From: Phycisphaera mikurensis NBRC 102666
GTDB lineage: Bacteria; Planctomycetota; Phycisphaerae; Phycisphaerales; Phycisphaeraceae
Assembly: GCF_000284115.1 (NCBI RefSeq)
Contig: NC_017080.1
Location: 1,290,001 to 1,322,000 of the forward strand
Direction of reading: 5' to 3'
DNA length: 32,000 nt
Position 1 is the first letter of the stretch; the number at the start of each line of letters is the position of its first letter. This document shows positions 9,824-18,616 of this stretch, one piece after another. The position numbers and the translations under genes were made by a program. The notes below the pieces were generated by a model. That model did no database searches. It was given only the letters and a program-made list of their open reading frames with translations, and was not told the DNA's origin.

Positions 9824-11353
9824 ATGCCCAGACGCTCCCTCCCCGCCGCCACCGCGGCGACGGCTGTCGCCACGACCGACGCCACCGACGACGCGACGAC
9901 TCACGCTTCCGCTGCCTTCAAGCCTTCCGGGTCGGTCCGCGAGAAGGCGCCCTCCATCGCCGCCCAGCAGCTCTCGGCGCCCCCCGAGGCGATCCGGATC
10001 GACAACTACCAGGACGCCAAGGCGTGGCTGATGTCGCACGTCGACCACGAGCGGCTGCGCGTCGTCGACTACAGCGACGGGACGTTCGCGCTCGACCGCA
10101 TGCACGCCCTGCTCGGCCTGCTCGGCGACCCGCACCTGGAGGTGCAGACCGTGCACGTCGCCGGCACCAAGGGAAAGGGCTCGACCTGCTCGATGCTCGC
10201 GTCGATGCTGCGGGCCTGCGGGTACACGACCGGCCTGTACACCTCGCCGCACCTCATCGACCTCCGCGAACGGATCACGATCAACGACCACATGATCCCC
10301 TACGCGGAGGCCGCCGAGGGGCTCCGGCGGATCGCCGCCGCCGAGCAGGAGCTCGGCTTCGGGCTCACCTTCTTCGAGGTGATGACGGCCCTGGCCTTCG
10401 TGCACTTCGCCGAGAACGCGATCGACATCGCCGTGCTGGAGACCGGACTCGGCGGCCGGCTCGACTGCACCAACGTCTGCCAGCCGCTGGTCACCGGCAT
10501 CACCTCGATCAGCCTCGACCACACCGCGCTGCTTGGCGACACGCTCCCGGAGATCGCCCGCGAGAAGGCGGGGATCTTCAAGGACGGCGTGCCGGCGCTG
10601 TCGGTGGAGCAGCCCAAGGAGGTCGTCAAGACGCTCAAGGAGTGCGCCGAGGAGGCAAACACCGCCGTGCACTTCGTGGGCAAGGACGTCGACTTCTCGT
10701 ACCGCTTCGAGAGCAGCCGCGAGCTGGGCCCGCACACCCGCGTCTGCCTGGCCACCAAGCAGAACCGCTTCGACCACCTCGCCGTGCCGCTGCCCGGCGA
10801 GCACCAGGCCCACAACTGCGGCCTCGCGCTGGCGATGCTCGACCGTCTCAAGGAGCACGGCTTCTCCGTGAAGGAAGAGCAGGTCTTCCGCGGCCTCCAG
10901 AACACGCGCCTGCACGGCCGCATGGAGATGGTCTGGGAGACGCCGCGGGTCATCATCGACGGGGCCCACAACGGGTCGAGCATCGAGGCGCTCATCAAGA
11001 GCCTCGGCGCCCACATCAAGTACGACTCGCTGGTGATGATCTTCGGCTGCAACGACGACAAGGACGTCCCGGCGATGCTCCGCGAGGTCGGCCTCGGCGC
11101 CGACAAGGTCCTCTTCACCAAGAGCAAGAGCAACGTGCGGGCGGCGGAGCCGACCTCCCTGGAGTCGCGCTTCGAGGAGGTGAGCGGGAAGATGGCGCAG
11201 GTGTGCCCGACGCTCGAGGACGCGCTGAAGGTCGCCGCCCGGGCCGTCGGCCGCGACGACCTCATCGTGATCTGCGGGAGCTTCTACCTCGCCGGGGAGG
11301 CCCGGAAGTACTTCCTCGAGGCGAAGAAGCGGGTCGAGAAGCAGAAGGGCTAG
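9824..11353 (+). CDS. folC: Bifunctional folylpolyglutamate synthase / dihydrofolate synthase
   Basis: Mur-ligase-type P-loop VHVAGTKGKGSTCSM, plus YTSPHLIDLRERI, LETGLGGRLD, IIDGAHNGSS and VICGSFYL. There is an N-terminal extension of about 60 aa, so the true start could be further downstream. Confidence 0.9.
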   Translation: MPRRSLPAATAATAVATTDATDDATTHASAAFKPSGSVREKAPSIAAQQLSAPPEAIRIDNYQDAKAWLMSHVDHERLRVVDYSDGTFALDRMHALLGLLGDPHLEVQTVHVAGTKGKGSTCSMLASMLRACGYTTGLYTSPHLIDLRERITINDHMIPYAEAAEGLRRIAAAEQELGFGLTFFEVMTALAFVHFAENAIDIAVLETGLGGRLDCTNVCQPLVTGITSISLDHTALLGDTLPEIAREKAGIFKDGVPALSVEQPKEVVKTLKECAEEANTAVHFVGKDVDFSYRFESSRELGPHTRVCLATKQNRFDHLAVPLPGEHQAHNCGLALAMLDRLKEHGFSVKEEQVFRGLQNTRLHGRMEMVWETPRVIIDGAHNGSSIEALIKSLGAHIKYDSLVMIFGCNDDKDVPAMLREVGLGADKVLFTKSKSNVRAAEPTSLESRFEEVSGKMAQVCPTLEDALKVAARAVGRDDLIVICGSFYLAGEARKYFLEAKKRVEKQKG

Positions 11354-11510
11354 CGCACCGTGCGCAATTTTCCGATCGGCCTGCGTCCGCGCGTCGTGTT
11401 CCTCGTGAGGAGGCGAAGCAGCCCTGCCCCTGCAGGGGGATGCAGCCGACGAAGCGAGGGGCACGACTCGCCCGCAGAGGCGATCGGAAAATTGCGCAAG
11501 GTGCGCTAGC
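11349..11510. repeat. 162-bp imperfect palindrome (long hairpin) with roughly 30-bp terminal inverted repeats
   Basis: The left arm gctagcgcaccgtgcgcaattttccgatcg (11349-) matches the reverse complement of the right arm cgatcggaaaattgcgcaaggtgcgctagc (-11510) with one mismatch. Inner segments also pair (gcgcgtcgtgttcctcg / cgaggggcacgactcgc). The centre is the perfect palindrome cccctgcagggg (11427-11438). The left arm includes the folC stop codon. Confidence 0.7.
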
Positions 11511-11598
11511 AGGCCGCGGGAGGGCGACGACCGGAGCACCCGGCGGCGGCGGGGGGAGAGCGAGGAAGGGGAGCTGGGGAGGAAGCTGCGTCCGCGGA

Positions 11599-12978
11599 TC
11601 AGGTCAGCAGGCGCCCGGCCGCCGGGCCGTCCGCCGTGCAGCGGCCCCGCTCGGCCACCGCCACGCCGGCGGCGATCGTGAGGCGGGGCCCGCCCACGAG
11701 CTCTTGCCCCTCGAAGGCCGAGTAATCCACGTTCATCTCGTGCGTCGCCGCCGAGACCGTCCGCGTCTGCTCCGGGTCCCACACCACCACGTCCGCGTCG
11801 GCCCCGGCGTGCAGCGAGCCCTTTCCCGCGAGGCCGAAGCACGCGGCCGCGGCCGCCGAGAGCAGCCCCACGAAGCGGCAGGCGTCGAGCCTGCCGCTCC
11901 GGACCCCGTGGTGCCAGAGCAGGGCGGGGCGGTGCTCGATCGACGGGATGCCGTTGGGGATCGTCGTGAAGTCGCCCTCCGGCGGGCGGCCCATCTCCTT
12001 CTGGCCGGCGAAGTCGAAGGGCGCGTGATCGGTCGCGACCGTCGAGATCTCGCCGGTCCGCAGCGCGTGCCACAGGAACCGCTGGTGGTCCAGCGACCGG
12101 ATGGGCGGGCTCATCACGTACTTCGCGCCCTCGAACCCGGCGGCCTGCGCCGCCGTGTCGTCGAGCACGAGGTAGGGGATCACCGTCTCGAGCGTCACGT
12201 CCACGCCGCGACGCCGGAACGGCAACGCCGCCTCCACGGCGTCGCGGCAGGAGGTGTGGACCACGTAGCCGGTCGCGCCGGACTGCTCCAGGAAGGTGCA
12301 GAAGTGGGAGACGCCCGCGGCCTCCACCCCCACCGGACGCGACCGCTCGTGCGAGGCGGGGCCCGGCTCGCCCGCGGCCACCAGCCGGTTCTGCCCGGCG
12401 GCCACCAGCTCGGCGTTCTCGCAGTGGGCGCACACGACCACACCCAGCTCCGCCGCCAGCGAGCACACCCCCAAGAGCCCGGCGTCGTCGAGGTCAAACG
12501 CCCCCTTGTACGCGAGAAACACCTTGAAGCTGCGGATCCCGCCGGCGACCGCTTCGCGGAGCTGCCGCTCCACCTCCGCGTCCCAGCGAGACACACCCAG
12601 GTGGAAGCCGTAGTCGCACACGCTCGCCCCGGCGGCCCGCGCCGACCAATCCGCGAGCGCCTCTCCGGGCGAATCGTCGTGGGCCGGGCACACCATCTCC
12701 AGGTACGCCGTGGTCCCGCCCGCGACCGCGGCCCGCGAGGCCGTCGCGTGGGTGTCCTTGGCGGCCGTGCCCATGAACGGCAGATGAACGTGGACGTGCG
12801 GATCCACGAAGCCGGGCATGACGAGGCAGCCGGCGGCGTCGACCACCTCCGCGGACGGCGCCTCGCTCGGCTCGATCGTCTTCGCGATCCGCGACACGGT
12901 CCCGCCCTCGAGCAGGACGTCGCCGTGGAAGCGGGCATCGGCGTTGACGACCTCGCCGTTTCGGATGAGCAGCGGCAT
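11599..12978 (-). CDS. Cyclic amidohydrolase: D-hydantoinase / dihydropyrimidinase
   Basis: MPLLIRNGEVVNAD..., GFVDPHVHVHLPF (HxH metal site), SFKVFLAYKG (carboxylated-Lys region), VCAHCEN, YVVHTS and VATDHAPF. ATG at 12978. The track ORF continues upstream as an artefact. Confidence 0.9.
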   Translation of the reverse strand: MPLLIRNGEVVNADARFHGDVLLEGGTVSRIAKTIEPSEAPSAEVVDAAGCLVMPGFVDPHVHVHLPFMGTAAKDTHATASRAAVAGGTTAYLEMVCPAHDDSPGEALADWSARAAGASVCDYGFHLGVSRWDAEVERQLREAVAGGIRSFKVFLAYKGAFDLDDAGLLGVCSLAAELGVVVCAHCENAELVAAGQNRLVAAGEPGPASHERSRPVGVEAAGVSHFCTFLEQSGATGYVVHTSCRDAVEAALPFRRRGVDVTLETVIPYLVLDDTAAQAAGFEGAKYVMSPPIRSLDHQRFLWHALRTGEISTVATDHAPFDFAGQKEMGRPPEGDFTTIPNGIPSIEHRPALLWHHGVRSGRLDACRFVGLLSAAAAACFGLAGKGSLHAGADADVVVWDPEQTRTVSAATHEMNVDYSAFEGQELVGGPRLTIAAGVAVAERGRCTADGPAAGRLLT

Positions 12979-13152
12979 GGGGTGTTCCTCGGGGCGGGCG
13001 GGTGCAGGCGCTCCCGTTGTACGGCGCCGGCTCTCGATGCCGCGGCCACGGCCCACGGGGCCCGACCGCAAGTTGTCCGATTGTCCACACGTTTTCCGGC
13101 GTCGGCCCGCCGCTCCGGTCGGGAAGGAGGAGCAGCCGCTAGCGTGCGACTC

Positions 13153-15360
13153 ATGAGGAGTTCCCCTACTGGTTGTTCCATGCGCGCGGTCGTCTGCCTG
13201 GTGCTCGTCGCGGCGGCTTCTCCCGCCTCGGCCGACGCCTTCGACGCTCCCGCGGGCTTCTACGACGGCGTCGGGGGCACCGGCGCCTCGCTGGAGCGGG
13301 ACCTCCGCGAGCGCATGAGCCGCGGGCACAACCAGAGCCGCTACGGCGACATGAAGGATTCCGCCGCGATCCTCGACGCCGATCCCGAGCGTCCCGGTTT
13401 CCTGCTCACCGCGTACGACCGGCAGTCGGTGAGGGCTCGGTGGGACGGCGGACGCACCTGGAACCGCGAGCACGTCTGGCCGCAGAGCCGGCAGCCCGGC
13501 TCGGCGCGCGACTCCAGCCGCGGCAACCTCGGCGACCAGCACGCCCTCCGGCCCGCCGACCCGAGGCTCAACAGCAGCCGCGGCAACGAGCACTTCGTGG
13601 GCGCCGGGCTCACCGGCGGCCCCCGCCGCACCGGCGGCGGCTTCTTCCCCGGCACCGCGGACCGCGGCGACGTGGCCCGCTCGCTCTTCTACTCCTCCAC
13701 CCGCTACGGCCTCGGGCTTGTCCGGGGAGAGCCCGGCGGGCAGCAGATGGGCGACCTGGACACGCTGGTCGCGTGGCACTACCTCGACACGCCCGACGAC
13801 TTCGAGCGGCGGCGGAACCACGCCGTCTACAGCCGGGACCTCAACCCGCGCTTCTTCCAGAACAACCGCAACGCCTACGTCGACCTCCCCGAGGCGGTGT
13901 GGAGCGTCTTCGTCGATCAGCGCAACGACTCCCGCCTGTCCCTCGCCGGCGCGGCGACCGATGCCGACGGCGGCTCGGCCCGCACCCAGCGCGAGACCGT
14001 CTACCGCGGCGCGAGCCCGTCGCGTGCCGGCGGCACCCTCGGCCTGGCCGCCGAGGGGGTCGATCCCACCTACTACCGCGTGACCGCGGCGGGCGTGCTG
14101 TCGCTGACCGATCCTTCCGGAGACGGCGACGCCACGACCCTCCGCGCGGCCGTCGGCCCCGCCGCGTTCGACGCCGGCCCGGCCCCGGTGGGTTACCGCG
14201 TCGCCGGCGGGCTCTCCGCCACCGCCGGCCGCAAGGCCGGCAGCCTGACGCTGGACAACCTCGACCTCACAACCGACGGCGGCCGCGGACGCGGGGCCAA
14301 CGACGCCGACGACGTCTTCACCTACGAGCTGACGGTGCTCGACCACGCGACGGCCTCGCTCGCCGCCGGCGAGACCCGCCGAAGCGGCTCGCTGGACCTG
14401 GGGGTCGTCGCCCTGGGCGGCCCCGGCTTCGCGGAGGACGTCGCCGTCTTCAACCGCTCGGGCACGCCCGGCTTCACCGCCGACCTGCTCGCCGACGGGA
14501 CGCGCAGCGACGACGCCCGCGTCAGCGCCGGCTCCTTCGGGACCGTCGCCGGCGGCGCGGCGGGCACGGCCCGCGTCTTGCTCCGCGGCGACCGCCTCGG
14601 CTCCGTGGACGCCCGCGTGAGCCTCGACGCCCGCGAGCCGGCCTTCGCCGGGCAGCGGCCGATCGAGGGGCTGGACCTCAGCGTCACCGGCCGGGTCGCC
14701 CTTGGCGGTGATGCGACCCTCGACGGCCGCGTCGACGCCCGCGACGCCGCGGCGCTGCGGGCCGGCCGCCTCGCCGGCGCCGATGCGTGGACCGGCGGCG
14801 ACTTCGACCGCGACGCCGACGTCGACGCCGACGACCTGCTGGTCTTCGCCGCCGGCTTCGGCACTGTCGAGAACGCCGGCGAGGCCGCCCGCGCCGGCGG
14901 CCCCGCCGCGGGCAGCGGCGACGCGGTCCTCGCCGCCGGGGCGAACGCGTCGGCCGGCGACGGCTCGGCCGACTTCCTCTACGACGTGCTCACCGGCGAC
15001 TTCTTCGTCGACGCCGACGGCGAGAGCCTCTGGTCGGTCTCGGTGACCACGCTCGCCGACGCCTCCGCCGCCGGCTCGCCCGCCGCGGACTGGGCCTTCG
15101 CCGACTTCGGCAACCAGCTGGAGCTGACCGACCGCTCCGCGGGCGCGGCCGCCACCGACGGGTCCTTCCTGTTCGCCTCGCTCACCGCCGGCCTCACGGC
15201 CGACGCCTTCGGCGGCGTCTCCTACTTCAGCCTCGCGTCCGACACCGCCCGGACCGGGGGCGTCGTCCTGCTGATCCCCGAGCCCGGCACGCTCGCCGGC
15301 GCCGCGGTGCTTCTGGTCTTCGCCTCCCGCCGGCCGCGGACCGCGGGCGCTTCGGCCTGA
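13153..15360 (+). CDS. Secreted endonuclease-I-family nuclease with dockerin-like repeats and a C-terminal PEP-CTERM sorting signal
   Basis: Signal peptide MRAVVCLVLVAAASPASADA; possible starts are GTG 13144, ATG 13153 and ATG 13180. Endonuclease I motifs: NREHVWPQS, DQHALRPADPRLNSSRGNEHF, RGDVARSLFY and DDFERRRNHAV...NNRNAYVD. Two Ca-binding-like repeats: GDATLDGRVDARD and GDFDRDADVDADD. C-terminus LLIPEPGTLAGAAVLLVFASRRPR. Confidence 0.85.
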   Translation: MRSSPTGCSMRAVVCLVLVAAASPASADAFDAPAGFYDGVGGTGASLERDLRERMSRGHNQSRYGDMKDSAAILDADPERPGFLLTAYDRQSVRARWDGGRTWNREHVWPQSRQPGSARDSSRGNLGDQHALRPADPRLNSSRGNEHFVGAGLTGGPRRTGGGFFPGTADRGDVARSLFYSSTRYGLGLVRGEPGGQQMGDLDTLVAWHYLDTPDDFERRRNHAVYSRDLNPRFFQNNRNAYVDLPEAVWSVFVDQRNDSRLSLAGAATDADGGSARTQRETVYRGASPSRAGGTLGLAAEGVDPTYYRVTAAGVLSLTDPSGDGDATTLRAAVGPAAFDAGPAPVGYRVAGGLSATAGRKAGSLTLDNLDLTTDGGRGRGANDADDVFTYELTVLDHATASLAAGETRRSGSLDLGVVALGGPGFAEDVAVFNRSGTPGFTADLLADGTRSDDARVSAGSFGTVAGGAAGTARVLLRGDRLGSVDARVSLDAREPAFAGQRPIEGLDLSVTGRVALGGDATLDGRVDARDAAALRAGRLAGADAWTGGDFDRDADVDADDLLVFAAGFGTVENAGEAARAGGPAAGSGDAVLAAGANASAGDGSADFLYDVLTGDFFVDADGESLWSVSVTTLADASAAGSPAADWAFADFGNQLELTDRSAGAAATDGSFLFASLTAGLTADAFGGVSYFSLASDTARTGGVVLLIPEPGTLAGAAVLLVFASRRPRTAGASA

Positions 15361-15381
15361 AAACGCCGGCGGTCCGCGGCC
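15332..15381. repeat. Palindromic element GGCCGCGGACC-N28-GGTCCGCGGCC, copy 1, spanning the nuclease stop codon
   Basis: Perfect 11-bp arms at 15332-15342 and 15371-15381. The loop itself pairs further (gcgggcg / cgccggc). It sits between the convergent nuclease and leuS genes and is a possible bidirectional terminator. Confidence 0.55.
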
Positions 15382-15412
15382 TCGGGTCGCGAGCGGGCCG
15401 CGGCCCGCCGGG

Positions 15413-18355
15413 TCAGCCCGCCACGAAGTTGACGAGCTTTCCGGGCACGATGACCACCTTCTTCACGTCCAGCCCGTCGAGGTGGACGGCGACGTTCCCG
15501 TCGGCCCGGGCCGCGGCTTCCACGGCGTCGCGGTTGGCGTCGGCGGGCACCGTGACCCTCGCCCGCAGCTTCCCGTTCACCTGCACGGGCAGCTCCAGCG
15601 TGTCCTCCACCAGGTCGTCGGGGTCCGCGTCCGGCCAGGGCGCGTCGGCCACCGAGGCGTAGCGGCCCTCGTGGAGGCCCAGCCGCTCCCAGAGCTCCTC
15701 GGCCAGGTGCGGGGCCAGCGGGGCGAGCAGCGTGACCAGCGTGACGGCCGCCCGGTGCGGCACCGTCTCGCGGGCGACCAGGGCGTTGTTGAACTCGATC
15801 AGCGCCGAGACCGCCACGTTGAAGTGCATCTGGTCCATCGCCCGGCTCACGCGGTCGATCGTCCGAGCCATGAGCTTCCGCAGCTCGGCCTCCGGCTCGT
15901 CCTCGCTCACCAGCGGAGCGCCGCCCGGCGTCGACCCGCCCTCCGACGATCCCTCTCCCGGGGTGTCGTCGCCCACGAGGTTCCGCCAGACGCGGTTCAA
16001 GAAGCGGTGGACGCCGACGATGTCGGCCGTGTTCCAGACCTTGCTCTGCTCCAGCGGGCCCATGGACATCTCGTACAGCCGCAGCGTGTCGCAGCCGTAC
16101 GTCTGAATCACCGCGTCGGGCGAGACCGCGTTCTTGAGGCTCTTGCCCATCTTCCCGAAGTGCCGCGTGACCGGCCGGCCCTCGCACCGCAGCTCCAGCT
16201 CCGCCTCGTCCCGGTCCTGCACCTCCGCCGCGGGCTTCCCGCTCTTGGCGTCGACGACGGCGGAAGCCTCGACGCGGACGCCCTCGGCGTCCTCGTAGTA
16301 GAACGCCTGGATGTAGCCCTGCGGGAAGTACCGCCGGAACGGCTCGGGCGAGGAGACGTGGCCCAGGTCGAAGAGCACCTGGTGCCAGAACCGCGCGTAC
16401 AGCAGGTGCAGCACCGCGTGCTCGACGCCGCCGACGTACAGGTCGACGCCGGAGCGTTCCGGGTCGTCAGCCCCCATCCAGTACGCCTCCGCACCGGGAT
16501 CCACCAGGCGGTCGTCGTCCCCCGGCGACAGGTAGCGCAGGTAGTACCAGCAGGAGCCCGCCCAGTTGGGCATCGTGTTCAGCTCGCGGCTGTACTCGAC
16601 GCCGTCGAGGATCACCTTCCGCCACGCCACCGGCGCGCGGCCCAGCGGCGGCTCCGGCGGGGCGGTGCCGTCCTGCTCTTCCGGCGGGGCGGGCCGGAAG
16701 TCCTCCATCTCCGGCAGCTCCACCGGCAGGTCCGCCTCGTCCACCGGGCGGATCTCGCCGCCGGGGCCGTGCAGGATCGGGAACGGCTCGCCCCAGTACC
16801 GCTGCCGCGAGAACAGCCAGTCGCGCAAGCGGACCTGCGTCTTCTCGCGTCCCCGGCCTTCCTGCTCCAGGTAGCCGACGATGTCCTCGGTCGCCGTCGC
16901 CTGGTCCAGGCCGTTCAAGTCCAGCTCCGCGTTGGCGGAGTTCATCAGCGGGCCGGTTCCGGTCCAGGCTTCCAGATCCGTGTCGGTTCCGCCGGGCCCG
17001 TCGATCACCTGCACGATCGGCAGGTCGTGCTGCACCGCGAAGGCGTGGTCGCGCGTGTCGTGGGCCGGCACCGCCATGATCGCCCCGGTGCCGTAGCCCA
17101 TCAGCACGTAGTCGGCGATCCAAACCGGCAGCGGCTCGCCGTTGACGGGATTCACCGCGAAGCCACCCGTGGGGACGCCGGACTTGGTCTTCTTCCCGGG
17201 GAGTGATCCCGCCGCCGCCTGCCGCTCCTCGTCGCTCATCGCCGCGCAGCGGGCCACGTACGCGTCGACCGCCTCTTTCTGCTCCGGCGTCGTCAGGTCC
17301 TCCACCAGCGGGTGCTCGGGCGCGAGCACCATGTACGTCGCGCCGAACAGCGTGTCCGGCCGCGTCGTGAACACGGTGATCTTCTCGACCCGCCCCGCGT
17401 CGGCGTCGTCGCCGGCGGGCCCGGCGACGTCGAAATCCACCTCGGCCCCGGTGCTGCGGCCGATCCAGTTGCGCTGCAGCTGCTTCACCGGCTCGGGCCA
17501 GTCCAGCCCGTCGAGCCCGTCCTCCAGGCGCTCCGCGTACTCGGTGATCCGCAGCATCCACTGCTTCAGCGGCCGCTTCACCACCGGGTGGTTCCCCCGC
17601 TCGCTCCTGCCGTCCGCCTTCACCTCCTCGTTCGCCAGCACGGTCCCCAGCTTCGGGCACCAGTTGACCTCGACCTCGGCGAGGAAGGCCAGCCGCCGGC
17701 TGTCGAGCACGTCGTTCTGCTCGTCCTTGGAGAGCGTGTGCCACTTCCGCGCGCCGATCGGCAGGCCCGACAGCGCCGCCATGTCCTCGTCGATGCCCGA
17801 CCACACCAGCTCCCCGGTGATGCCCAGCAGGTAGTCCTCGCCCTCGAGCTTCTCGACGAGGTTGGAGATCGGCGCCGCTTTCTTCTCCACCGGGTCGAAG
17901 TAGCTGCCGTGCATCTGCAGGAACGCCCACTGCGTCCAGCGGACGAAGCCCGGATCCGTCGTCGCCAGCCGCCGCGACCAGTCGTAGCCCAGGCCGAGGC
18001 TTTTCAGCTGCGCGACCATCGTCTCGATGTTCTTCTCGGTCGTCACCCGCGGGTGCACGTTGTGCTCGATCGCGAACTGCTCCGCCGGCAACCCGAAAGC
18101 GTCGAAGCCCATCGGGTGCAGCACGTTGAAGCCCTTCATCCGCTTGTGGCGGGCGACGATGTCGGTGGCGATGTACCCCAGCGGGTGCCCCACGTGCAGG
18201 CCCACGCCCGAGGGGTACGGGAACATGTCCAGCACGTAGAAGGGCGGCGCGTCCGCGTTGAAGCCCGCGTCCCCGGGATTGGGCGTCTTGAAGGTCCGAT
18301 TCGCCTCCCAGCGACGCTGCCAGCGGGACTCGATCTCGGCGAAGGGGTAGGCCAT
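15413..18355 (-). CDS. leuS: Leucyl-tRNA synthetase
   Basis: MAYPFAEIESRWQRRWE..., FYVLDMFPYPSGVGLHVGHPLGY (HIGH-type motif), a CP1 editing region and KMGKSLKN (KMSKS). 980 aa with ATG at 18355. Confidence 0.97.
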   Translation of the reverse strand: MAYPFAEIESRWQRRWEANRTFKTPNPGDAGFNADAPPFYVLDMFPYPSGVGLHVGHPLGYIATDIVARHKRMKGFNVLHPMGFDAFGLPAEQFAIEHNVHPRVTTEKNIETMVAQLKSLGLGYDWSRRLATTDPGFVRWTQWAFLQMHGSYFDPVEKKAAPISNLVEKLEGEDYLLGITGELVWSGIDEDMAALSGLPIGARKWHTLSKDEQNDVLDSRRLAFLAEVEVNWCPKLGTVLANEEVKADGRSERGNHPVVKRPLKQWMLRITEYAERLEDGLDGLDWPEPVKQLQRNWIGRSTGAEVDFDVAGPAGDDADAGRVEKITVFTTRPDTLFGATYMVLAPEHPLVEDLTTPEQKEAVDAYVARCAAMSDEERQAAAGSLPGKKTKSGVPTGGFAVNPVNGEPLPVWIADYVLMGYGTGAIMAVPAHDTRDHAFAVQHDLPIVQVIDGPGGTDTDLEAWTGTGPLMNSANAELDLNGLDQATATEDIVGYLEQEGRGREKTQVRLRDWLFSRQRYWGEPFPILHGPGGEIRPVDEADLPVELPEMEDFRPAPPEEQDGTAPPEPPLGRAPVAWRKVILDGVEYSRELNTMPNWAGSCWYYLRYLSPGDDDRLVDPGAEAYWMGADDPERSGVDLYVGGVEHAVLHLLYARFWHQVLFDLGHVSSPEPFRRYFPQGYIQAFYYEDAEGVRVEASAVVDAKSGKPAAEVQDRDEAELELRCEGRPVTRHFGKMGKSLKNAVSPDAVIQTYGCDTLRLYEMSMGPLEQSKVWNTADIVGVHRFLNRVWRNLVGDDTPGEGSSEGGSTPGGAPLVSEDEPEAELRKLMARTIDRVSRAMDQMHFNVAVSALIEFNNALVARETVPHRAAVTLVTLLAPLAPHLAEELWERLGLHEGRYASVADAPWPDADPDDLVEDTLELPVQVNGKLRARVTVPADANRDAVEAAARADGNVAVHLDGLDVKKVVIVPGKLVNFVAG

Positions 18356-18511
18356 CCGGGCAGCCTAGAGAGACGCCAAGTCCGCCAGATGCCGGCCGGT
18401 TGGAGGTCCGGGCGCGGGTTGCAGACAAACCGTGCATCAGCGGGACGCTCCGAGGGTGAAGACCCCTTGCTTGGACGGTGACGGCATGGCATCGTCGATC
18501 CCAGCCACGTG

Positions 18512-18616
18512 GTGCTGACCGCCTTCGTCGTCCCCGAACCCGCCACCGCGGCGATCCTCGGCCTCGCCGGCTCGGCCCCCTCAAGCCGCCGCCCGCGACC
18601 CGGCGCGGGCCGCTGA
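18512..18616 (+). pseudogene. Orphan PEP-CTERM-like tail fragment, possibly a remnant of a decayed secreted-protein gene
   Basis: This frame reads VLTAFVVPEPATAAILGLAGSAPSSRRPRPGAGR*, that is VPEP, a short hydrophobic stretch, then an Arg-rich end. An in-frame stop at 18479-18481 leaves no room for a mature domain. It lies in an unusually long 665-bp gap. Confidence 0.25.

Noticed and set aside
9649-13152. Upstream 1160 codons of the 1903-aa ORF 9649..15360 (+), and ORF 9752..12466 (-)
   Set aside because: Only the last ~730 codons (signal peptide onward) look like a protein. The upstream part overlaps folC out of frame and is antisense to the hydantoinase gene, which has unambiguous motifs. 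The minus-strand ORF is antisense to folC.
18402-18414. GGAGGTCCGGGCG, reminiscent of the RNase P RNA GAGGAAAGUCCGGGC box
   Set aside because: It lacks the AAAG, and none of the other conserved RNase P regions are present nearby. I also saw no tmRNA, SRP or 6S hallmarks in the gap.
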